The translations under genes and the position numbers were made by a program. DNA of 36,990 nucleotides from Jimgerdemannia flammicorona (lineage: Eukaryota). The notes under the pieces were generated by a model. The model did not search any database. It was not told the origin of the DNA and saw only the letters and a program-made list of their open reading frames with translations. Shown one piece after another: positions 20,556 to 31,395 of this stretch (position 1 is the stretch's first letter; each line of letters starts with the position of its first letter). The DNA is taken from contig RBNJ01000199.1 in assembly GCA_003990765.1 (NCBI GenBank), positions 1 through 36,990 of the forward strand, given 5' to 3'.

Positions 20556-23500
20556 GCAGCATCGACGGAGATAGGTTTGGTAGCGATAGTAAAAACTAGC
20601 GAAATTGTTCGTTTCAGAAGTGAACGAGATGTTCCCGGAAAAAAAAAAAAAAAAAAAAAAAATTGTACATATAATCAATTGTCGTAAATTCCTAATACAT
20701 TTAGGTTAGCCAGGCAGATTCAGCTGTTTCAATGGACGATCGTTAAAATTCAAAAATAAACGGTAATTGAAATATCTAATACCACTATTTCGATACAAAA
20801 TGGCCGAGACTTCTAGAATGACACCTCATGGCCGGGACATAACGTAAGTGTGCCATAACACTGATTGGGAATATCAACGTTTCTCCTCTACGCATCCTTT
20901 TCAGTTCTCTCAGAGGTATATGTTCTTTTTTACATACACTCTCATCCTGGCTACTACCCGCGATCGGGTTTCGCACGGCAGCGAGCGAATTCCTACACAA
21001 GACTCTCGACGGCAATGGCTGGTCATGGAAGTCACTCTTAGGATATATACATTTTCGCCGGTGATGAGCTATATCTGTTTGCGTTTAAGTCGTGTTATCT
21101 GGTATTTGATGCGTGTCCCGACAGATCAAAGAGATCTAATGAACAGAACTTCGTGGATCCTGCACTACTTCGGGTACATTCATTCCTTGTCACCTGACAG
21201 TCCGAAGCTTTCTCTATCTTTTTGGCATGATGTTTTCTCACAAGGGTATATACATGGTTGGCATTCAGATTAACGTTCTCTGCATTCTTTCCTAATCTTA
21301 ATTGTATATATTCCCCGCCCCCAATATAATCAATATAATCGGAGCAGCACTGCATGAAAATCAGATCTACCCTGCAATTACACTATAAATATTTTCGCCA
21401 CCGGATTTACGCACATTGTCGGGCATTCTGTAATATTCGTCGTTTTTGTTTGATAACACTATCGTTTTCCTCGCTGAAACATTCGGCGATTTACAGGTGA
21501 CACCTCATGTATGGAATACATACTGTGACGAGTGCTGTATCGGAGCCGACAACCTTCATTGGTGTATATATATATATATATATCCTCTTCTCTTACCTCT
21601 CTGCCATGTCTCCGATGTTATTGGGATCCCGGCGTATACAACATCGCGCGGGACTTTCAACCGTCGGGACCTGCAATATGGCGCTGGAAGTGCTTCGATA
21701 TCTCGCATGTTTTCTTTTTCTTTTTTTTTTCTTTTTTTTAAGCAGGGAACATTGGCTAAGTGTCGTTATGTCTTTAGGAAAGGAGCTCTTATTATTAACA
21801 CTGTTTCTTCCATTGTTCAGCCTTTATGATTTTGAGAACGTTCAGGTATGCATCCGTTCCTATCCTGCTCACGAATTGCCAACCCCATGCCAAAGATCCA
21901 ACCCAATGCCTATGGAATCCGGACATCGTAACCTTCGGATGCCCTCATTCGTCGGGAAGACTAATCCCTCCGTCTGACTAGGAGCGGAAGTTATTTCGTC
22001 TTCCGCGCGTTTTCTCAACGGAGAATATTTTGGCGATAGGATGCGATCTTTGCCTCACCTTTTTTTTGACATTTGCATATCGCTTAGGTATTCATCAGTC
22101 GGTCCCTCCGGCTCACCCCGATAATCGTGAATTCGGACGCCAAAATCCGCCAAAATCCGCCGGACCCTCTATTGCGTCGGGTAGATTAAACTCTGTTCAA
22201 ATTACGGGGCGAAATATGACAGGACGTTCATTTCTCCCTACTTATGTGTGCCCCAGATACATATGTCATCGTCCACCGTATCGTCGACAACCAAAATAGA
22301 GAGCTCTCCCTTCCATCTCTGACGCTGAGTGAACGTTGGTCCACGGCTTGGTCTTGATGTGTTGATTACCCTCTTTTTGCTACGTCTGGAATATTCCTTC
22401 GTTATGTGTGTGCAATTGGCAATTGTTTAATCTATTCAATCTTATTGGTTTCTTTTCCACCGTATCGATGCGAAGATTTTGGACGAGACTCCAAGCTGCG
22501 TTTGTAAGCCGAAGTAGCGTTCGTTGCCTTCCCCTTCCCTCGGACGAGCTCCTAAGAACTGTCTCGGATTTCCTCAATCCAATCCGGTATATAAATATCT
22601 CCGCTCTTCTACCGACCCGAGATTTCTGCTCGGCGCCGGTACTACAAGCGAAGTATATACATCTCGCCTCTTGTTAATAAAAGAGTCTATTCTCCGGATT
22701 CTCAAGGCCGAGGAGATCTATGCGACTAAGCCTAGCGATTCCAGCAAGAGGATGACCGAGGTCTTGGGTAAATGATCAATAAAAAATGATCATTGCTCTG
22801 TGCTCAGCAGTTTATGGTGGATCCTGGAATTCCTGGCGACATTGTCTTTAAGGTACATTAGGTAAGGTATGTTTTACTACAAAAAATTTGGATTGCGTGG
22901 GTTTGGTTGCAAGAATTGTCTGTTGCGCGTGCGTAGATCCACCCCATCAGTATTGAGGGTCCGATCCGCCGCGTCATCGGATGCCTTTTCGTTGTTGGGT
23001 AGAGCGAGGTAGCACCCTGTTGTCTTTGGGCCAGAAAACTTCGTGTTCTGAGCATCCTAAAATCAGGGAGAACATGTCGTTGTTTGGATACTCTCTGTTC
23101 TTATGATTTTTTCTTGAAATTTTCCGATAATTCAATATGCACGCTTATTCATCCATCACCCCGCACTGCGACACAATGTCAGCAGTCGTTCGCGCATCGC
23201 TATCATAAACACTACTTCTATCAGGTACGCACGCTTCACTTTATTCCCTTAAGCAACGAACAATCCTGGATCCCCGTGCCCAACTTATGCAATTCGGACC
23301 CGACCCTTACATCGTGGCGGGACCCAAAGCGGGTTGGGTAGATCGATCGTATTACCTCCCCTGACTTTAGCCGTCCGGAAGTTCTGCGTTTCACTTCTGC
23401 GCGCGGTGTATTAGTGGGGATATTTCACTTGAGATGACAGTCATTGACATATTTGAAATTCTTCCTTGTCAAGTAGGCATGCCTTCAAGATCGGAATCCA

Positions 23501-24563
23501 TGTCTTTCACGATGTTCTCATTGCTGTATCCCTCTTCAGATCGTATACCATGCACGCCTCACCATGACCAACATCGGTGCCAACATGCCACGGAGGATTT
23601 CTCAACACCACGCCCTTGGTTCCTTGTTGATTTGTTATACTTTTATCGTCGGGCGTTGTCTGACCCTGACCCACCGCCCTTTCTGCCTCCGGGAAGAAAA
23701 GTGAACGTGTCCAATTCGTGCACGTGAGATCCTGCAGATCTTTCTGGACGGAGAGTTTTGGGCCTTCGTCTTGTTTCCCCAGTATGGAGAAAATTACAAA
23801 CAGCTCGGCATATTCTTATTACCTGGAAGGACTGCAATCCTCCTGTCTCCTTGTTAGTCTTTGCCAAGTCATTTTGGTTGTGATTTTCAATGAAATAAGC
23901 CCATCGTCGCCTCCGGCGGTCTGGGAACTCGAACTCTTCTTACCGCCCGGGATTGCGACACTGAACCCTCGTCGTGCGGTATTGAGCAGGATACATTTTT
24001 GTGCTGGAGGGTTCATTGCATCGGCATTGTTTTTTTGAAGGATTTCTTGTTCGACGTCTTCCGTTTTTCTCACATAAACCCGGCGGGATTACCCGTCCGC
24101 GAACCGTGAAGCAAACAGCCGCTACCATTCTAGGACCAAGACGAGCAAAAATCACATACTCGCAGAGGCCCAACTGTCCATCACGGGAGGGGTTGCGTCA
24201 AAATCTTCAAGCATGAATTATACATTCACCTTGTCCTCACTATTCCGTTCACCAACCTAACAAGATCTAAAAATCCACCGCAATGCGATGATTTGGCCAT
24301 TTTCGAACGGCCATTCTATTGACAAATGTCAAACTTCCGATGTAACAGCAAACGTGTACGACTAGGAAAAGAAAAAAGAAAAAAGAAAAAATTAACACCA
24401 AAGTTCCATACACTTGTGGCAAGAAGACGGACTAGCACCAATCCCAAAGACCGACACATACAACCGTCATTACAGGACAACGGACCTCAGCGCATCAAAT
24501 AAGGTGCTGTCTTTGCTTTGTCCATTCCCTACCTCCACAGCATCCAGCTCATGACCGCATGCC

Positions 24564-26127
24564 CTACCCCGCCATCCCCTCCGCGACGCGATAGTGCTCG
24601 AGTGAGCATACGGCCTTCCCGCTGCGACGGGCCACGTACTTCTTGGGGATCTTGCATCCCGGGATAGAGCAGGTCGGAACGGAGGGCAGGTAGCTGTTGT
24701 GGGTTGTGGGTTATTCGGAAACGAAGGAGCGGTATATTGGTCAGCCAAAATAAAAATATAAAAATGGTTCGTTGGCACTCGAAGGAATAAAGAGACAAAC
24801 GTTACCTCGCCTTCCCCGTGAGTACGTTGGCTACATCCACGTCCTCCGGAAACGAGAGAGTCGCACCGTCGGTGTTGGCAACGTAGTGGATCTCGGTCGG
24901 GGGCGGGAGAGGGGGCGGGAAGTCTTGGTAGTCCTGTGTGAGCGACATAAGAATGATAGTCGTGATGAGGGAAAGGTAACCTACTGACGTTCATGATGAG
25001 TCGTAAAGATGTTCGGCTCCCAAAACGAGAAGTGATTATACAGACCATCTGGTCCACGTCGTCCTTTTTGGTGCGCTTTGAGGCTTGCTTTTTGAGGAGG
25101 CGGTTGATTGTATCTGTCTATTACGGTGGCATGATGAGGTGACATGAGGTGTGAGAAAAGAATACGACATATGGTTTCATCAATAACAGCATCGACGTTC
25201 GAATACCACCACCATCCCCGTCTAAAGTTTCTCGCCACCAACCTTATCCTTCTCCGCGCGTTGCAGGCTCTGGTTCTTCCTCCGGCGCGAAACTTCAGAC
25301 CTCCTCAGCGCCAGCTCTTCCTCCGTCAGGTGCTTCTTCTTGCCGGTTTCTGCGGAGTTTTCGAATCCGGAGTTTGATTTATCTTTGATTAAAACAGGGT
25401 TCGAGGGGAAACTAGGAGGCGCACGCTATCGACGAAGAGGCGAACGAACCCATGGGTAGCTCCAGAAAGTCCTCGGCTAATTCGACGTTCAGCTTGGCGC
25501 GCTGACGTTTAGTGAGTGGGCGGGTGTTGGGAAGCTCGGTCGCGGAGGATTCGTCTTCGCTGTTGAGGAAAAGGGAGACGGGGGATGAGTTGTGGGGGGT
25601 TTTTTTTTGGGTATGGCAATTATACACATAGGTATTGGAAGTGATTTAAGGGGCGTATATACCTTTCCAGAGGCGATTCCGCTTGAATAACGAAATGAGA
25701 ATAAAATTGTAACGCTCAAATATATTATCATGCTCCTTCCCTGCCTTTCTCATACCGCAACACACAAAAACGTAAGCCCACCTTCCCGTCGCTTCTTGGC
25801 CGCGGTCGGCGTCACCTTTGTCTTGGATTTGGTGGCCTGCTTCTTGTTCGTAAAGTACTCCTCCTCCTGGGCCTCTTCATCGTCGTCATCCTCGTCCTCG
25901 TCCTCGTCCTCGTCCAACGGCTCCCTGTCGACGGCAATCTCGTCATCCATATCGTCCTCGTCGTCCATCAGCTCGGTCTCGTTGACATCGTTCTCATCAA
26001 TATCGATCTCATCCTCCTCGTCCTCGGTCTCGCTGAGGGGCTCTGAGTCGAGTGGGGAGGAGTCGCGTGCGGCAGTGAGCTGGTGAGAGAGACGGGATGC
26101 GGTACGCTTTGTTGCTGGGGAGGGCAT
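24564..26127 (-). CDS. IES2: INO80 complex subunit B / Ies2 (acidic N-terminus, PAPA-1 domain, C-terminal zf-HIT), 7 exons
   Basis: Seen: phase-compatible GT-AG exons 26127-25782, 25681-25663, 25559-25450, 25349-25243, 25117-25046, 24933-24806 and 24693-24564. They give LTKRQRAKL..FLELPM, LTEEELALRRSEVSRRRKNQSLQRAEKDKTDTINRLLKKQ and CSIPGCKIPKKY...VCSLEHYR. Confidence 0.92.
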
Positions 26128-26354
26128 AGTTGTTGGAAGGCTTAGGAGCAGAGAGAAAGGAGGCGGTTCCACGTCACATCTTTATATTGGTGGCCGTGAC
26201 GTCGATCAGTCACTTTGTGGACGCGCTCCTTTGAGTTTGACCAACGCCCAGAAATGTTGCAACGATAATGCTCCCAAATAGACAATCCAACACTACTCCA
26301 TGGACAAGACCCTACACCGCAAAGCAAATTCCCGTCAACCAGCGCTCTCTCGAT
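26128..26354. promoter_or_regulatory. Compact bidirectional promoter between IES2 and the ATRIP/Rad26 homologue
   Basis: Seen: 227 bp between divergent ATGs, with ACGTCA (26171), ATTGG/CCAAT (26186), TGACGTC (26197) and MCB-like ACGCG (26221). Confidence 0.6.
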
Positions 26355-29300
26355 ATGGAGGACGATGACGAATTCGGAGTCCTGGACCTGAACGACACCA
26401 TCGTGCGCGAGCTGGACTTAATTTGTACCCAGGCCATACAACATAACCAGCAGCAGCAGCCGCCGCCGAATGGCTCGCCCGTGGAAGTCGTGTCGCACGC
26501 GCCGCAACGAGGAAACGAGAGTGCAGTAGGGGATCCTGGTGGTGTGGCGGGTGTGGCAGCAAGGCAGTACACTTCGATAGGTTGGGCAGTCGACGAATTC
26601 TTTATGCACTCTCTTGAACATTTTTCCATTTAAAACCAACAGCCCTGATTAATTACATGATATATCGCAGATCACCCTACCCATACCTCATCCATTGACG
26701 ACCTGGCCCGCCTCCAAAACGACCTAGCGACGGTAAGCTGCATATCCTCATCTTCTCACCTCACACCTTTTCTTTAACCTAACTCAACTCCGCCGCTCGC
26801 ACGAGCAGCTCCTGGACACTAATCGGCGCTTGGAGAAGGACATGCAGGCCAAAGATGGCGAGATCTTCGTCGTTCGACGCAACATGATGCGCGCCGATGC
26901 GGAGAAAGACCAGCTGCGGTGCGCGATGGCCGCCTCCATAGCGGAGGCACAGCGCGAACGGGACAGTGCTAGGGGGGAGCTCGCGAGACAGGCCGAGAAG
27001 TTCAAGACCGAAATGGCATTCAAGGTATCGGAATTGGGGGGGTTTTTTTTTTGGGGGGGGCAGAGGGAGGTTGCAGCTCGTGTAGGGATGAACCCCAAGG
27101 GGAGGACGGTGCGGGGTTGGTGGTGTTGGATTTGGAATGACGTGATCGTTTTCTGTTCTTGGGATATGTTGCAGAAAGAAGAGTTGGATTCAATCATCAA
27201 GCAGCGCAACAGGGAGGCCAGACGCGAGCAAGTCAACGGCACCACCGGCGAATCGTCGTCGTCTCCAATCTTAAGCCCTCTCAAAACGAGCTCCAAGGGG
27301 AAAGGTGGGTACACTCAAACCTAACATTGGACCATTAGCATGGCACCCTCTTGCCGTATCTCACAGCCCCGCTCCCATCCACTCAAAGGGCCTGCCTTCC
27401 CAACCCTCAACACCTTCAACGAGTCTTCTTCCAAGCCCCTATTCCCGCTGCCGATTCCGGCTCCGGCCGTTCCTTCGTCGCCGCCGAGGAAACTCGTTCG
27501 ATCCGTCGCCGTCATGACTGACTTGGAACCGTCGCCTCCTCTCGAGCCGACTGTTGCCGTTGCGACCATGTCGATGCAGAGATCAGATGCGATGGACGTG
27601 GACGTGAACGGAGAGGGTGGTGAAGGTGGGGTACGACGGCGCAAGAGACGGAGGACGGGGAGGAGGCTGGTACCCGAGGCGGATGAGAGGATGGTGGTAA
27701 GGATGAAAGTGGGGAGCAGCGCTGGACGGGGTTGGTGATGCGGAAAGTAAGTCTTCTTTCGTGTTATGCTGATGATTTTTCTCGATTTATATCGTCTTGT
27801 TTTGTAGCTGATGCAGCGGCTGTTCGCAGATGTCGTTCCGGACACGGCGGCTTCGCGGCCCCATGGCAACGCCGACAACAGCGACGAACAGGATCGTCGA
27901 TCGATCCACGCGCTGATAAGCGACCGGTTCCTTATGGCTGAGAGAGATGGTACGTCTCCGTCCAATCTTCCTCTCGTCGTGTCAGACATATCTTCGCGTG
28001 ATTAAATTTTTCATTCCAATTTGTCGCCAGAACCCGTCCCCGCACACTTGCAGGCTCGCTACCACCGTCTCATGACCGGCATGCTGGACTGTCTGACGCG
28101 CGCGCTCGAGATCGAGATGGGACCCACGTTAGCAAGGTTGCTCGGGCTGGCGGAGGGTTTCCTGGGCGTGTGTCTAGAGTCACGGACGGTGAGTACCGAC
28201 TATTATTTTTTATTTATGTTGGAGAGGTAGTATTTGGCGGCGCAGGATAATACTGACTTTTTTTTTTTTTTTCCCCCTTTGTTGTTGTCGCGCGCAGTTC
28301 GCGATCTTGAAGCCAGTCATCGGTGTCGTCAGGGTTCTTGCGGCGTCGTACCCGACGTTTCGGACGTTGGCGATGGATAAAGGTGGCCGTACTGATGGTA
28401 CGAATTCATTTCATATTTTATTGTCCTATCTGTTTGATACGAGTTCTGGTGTTCATTTGTAATATGATATATCCTATATACATATGAATGACATAACCGA
28501 TATTACACTCCGCCACCTCTTCCTAGCATCCCAACCCATCGTCGATGCGTTGATATCGGTCCTAGCTGTGTACGCATCGTCGTCGTCCTCATCATTATTG
28601 ACATCGGATTCGGAGAACCAATCGCGTGAAATACCGGCAACAGGCGTCAAGTGGGAGGGCAGCAACGTCGAGCGGGCGGACGCGGTAGCTATATTGGAGA
28701 CGCTGAGGAACCTGACGTGGGGATGTGAGGTGGGACAGGCTGCAAGGTGTGTTTGAGGATTGAAATGAATGGAGGTTGACCGATTTCTCAAATATGATTG
28801 ACACTGTGTGTTTATTCGCGTGAAATTCGTCAGGCTCGAACCATTCCTGTCCACGTTCGTCACATCCCGGCTATTGAGCACGAACCAGCCCTGCCGGATT
28901 GTGCTCTACACGATCGAGTTACTGGCATCGGCGGTCGTCGGTGAGGTCCTTTCCGTCGCCGTTACATGGAGGACTCTAGAGATGAGACTTTGGGACTCTT
29001 GGTTGACCCTTTCCTATCCTGTAAATTTTGCTTCCAGACGATGCCCTCTACAAGATCGCCATGAGCCCCCTTAGCAGTCACCCGAGCACGATGGAGATGC
29101 AGCACCCGAAGCGCCCGGGTGCGATGGAGATGCAGCGGCCGAGCGCAATGGAGAGGGCGGTGCGGTTCCTGACGGAGAGGCCGGGAGACGCGACGGCGGC
29201 GGAGGTGGGCCGGACACCGAGATTTAAGTTTGGCCGGCGTGTTGGGTGGTTGTTTGCGAATACGAAGCCTGACCCATGCTCTCGTTTGCAGGTTGTTGAG

Positions 29301-30052
29301 GTCCGAGCGGCGACTCTCAGGCTCGTCGCGTGCGCGTGCGTGCAGAGTGGGCGTGAAGCAACGAAGGTGGTTGAGTGTGCAGCGATGGTAAGCAGGGTGC
29401 GTCCGATGGATGGGGGAATTTATGTGATAAACCATAGAGGAATCTGTCTCTGACGTTCGTCCCCATGGCCAGGTCCTCCCAAGAATCCTGGACGGGCTGA
29501 GCACTGAGCTAGAAGCCCTCGCGACGCGCCTAGACCCGCCGAAAAAGAGGTACGTTCTAATTGGCACGCAATTGTTCTTCGCTTCTCCACGATCGCGAAG
29601 ATTAATTATCACAATGCTCCCAAAAAAAAAAAAAAAAAACAAAAAAAAAAACGGTACAGTCTCCAGTTCGTCCGCGACGCCGTCCAACTGCTACATCACT
29701 TCTTCCTACGCCACCCAAACCTGTATGACCGGCTCAAAGGCGCCACGGCCCAACGATTGTTTGTCGCAATGACCAGATTGTCGTTTGCGAGGGAGATGAG
29801 GTTGAAAGAGCTCGAAGGCATGTCGGGTGAGTTTGGGTGGGTACGTTGGACATTGGGGTTAAATTGTCGGGCGAGGTTGCATGAAAGGAGAGGTGAGAGT
29901 TTGGGGGAACTTGTATCAGAAATCTCAAGTGTGTATTTATTATTTTTCAATTTCCATCCGGGTGCGTCATAGATCTTGCACATGACTTGGTCGAGGCCGT
30001 CATCACGCTGGAGGAGGAGGACGCCGTGGCGAGCTTGTTCAAGGTTGAATGA
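26355..30052 (+). CDS. rad26: ATR-interacting checkpoint protein (ATRIP / Rad26 / Ddc2-like), multi-exon
   Basis: Seen: acidic N-terminus MEDDDEFGVLDLNDTIVRELDLICTQA, coiled coil KDGEIFVVRRNM...EMAFK, helical middle exons, and C-terminus LFVAMTRLSFARE...DLAHDLVEAVITLEEEDAV. Clear exons include 26355-26580, 26671-26732, 26809-27024 and 29973-30052. Several internal junctions are uncertain, and an in-frame upstream ATG exists at 26268. Confidence 0.8.
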
Positions 30053-30561
30053 GCGGTTGGGGTGAACGATTTACCGGTTGGGAATTCGAGTGTCGTGCCG
30101 AGAAGGGAGTGGATTTCATTTTCTCGGCACATCGACTTTTGTAAATACACCCAATCAATTTAGATGCATTTGGGCTTACTAGACTGGAGGATTGCCTGCA
30201 GGACCGCGACCGCGACTTGTAGAAGGAAGCTCGTTCGTGACGAATATTAGTTATTTAGAGGGAAGGAGGAAGCGGAAAACTCCATCTTGCGCGAATCGAA
30301 AAAGACGAGCTTGTACCAGCCATGGTAGATACCAATTGTTGAACACTCTAGTCAAGCTCTTTAGATAAAAATATCTAGGATAATATTACTATCTTTAAAT
30401 TTAAATAGGTTGAATAAGTTATTTAGTGTAACAGTTGATCCAAATTAGGAACAAGAATCAGGGGAATAGATATTTGATTATAATACTTGAATCCAATTCC
30501 TGATATAGTATAGTATTATAGTTAGCAGTCATCTGATCTCACAGTTGTACAATTTGTATAA

Positions 30562-30620
<59 letters not shown>

Positions 30621-31395
30621 GTTCCTTGGACTTTACCATTTATTAACAGTCTATCAAAGATAAGTATAGTACCCTATCCCACTACTCAATCTCTCTAGAG
30701 GGGCCCTTCCTCATATTTTTATATTTGAATACTATTTTACTACTTACTACTATTACTCTCCTCTCACTCTGTTCACAAATTTTCTTTACCAAATAACACT
30801 AATGACCTCCCTGTAGACCTCATCCCAGTTACCAATCTATCAAGATATCCACCATCAACTCTTTCTACCTTGTCAGCTGCTCTCTTAAACCCAAATACCT
30901 CTTTTTTTCAAAAACAAATAGCCAGTATCTAGCTAGCCCCACCCATATAGCTAAAACTCAACCAATAGTGAGTCACTCATTTCCAACCCCCTCTATCAAT
31001 CTATCTCTCAGATTCTCCCATTAATCTCTTTCACCATTCCCCCTCCTCATAACATCCAATCTATTCTCAACTACTAATCAAAAGTCTCTAAGTATCTTAC
31101 ACTCTCTCAGCCAATGTTCTGGTATCTATACAAACTCCTCTTTCTGTTCTATATTATAATACTTCTCACAATCAAAGTTTCCCCCCTCTATAAGGTGGTC
31201 TGAACAAAAGTTGAGCATAATATTTTTTCTCAGTATATACCACCAAACCACCCAGAACTTAGATAATAGCTATTGCTATATCTCTGCACTTCAGGTCCAA
31301 ACTCTATTCTAGTTCCACCCCTCTCCAATACCTACTATCTGCCAGCCACTAAGCCATATATCCTATCCTAACCCTCTCTAGTACTTAACCTCATC

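Noticed and set aside
20638..20662. Poly(A) after the intronless HSP20, suggesting a retrocopy
   Set aside because: No TSD was found, the gene has its own TATA/HSE promoter, small HSP genes are often intronless, and A/T runs are common in this window.
23737..23762. IFLDGEFW peptide resembling ATP-dependent DNA ligase motif III
   Set aside because: No KxDG motif or other ligase motifs could be found in compatible exons.
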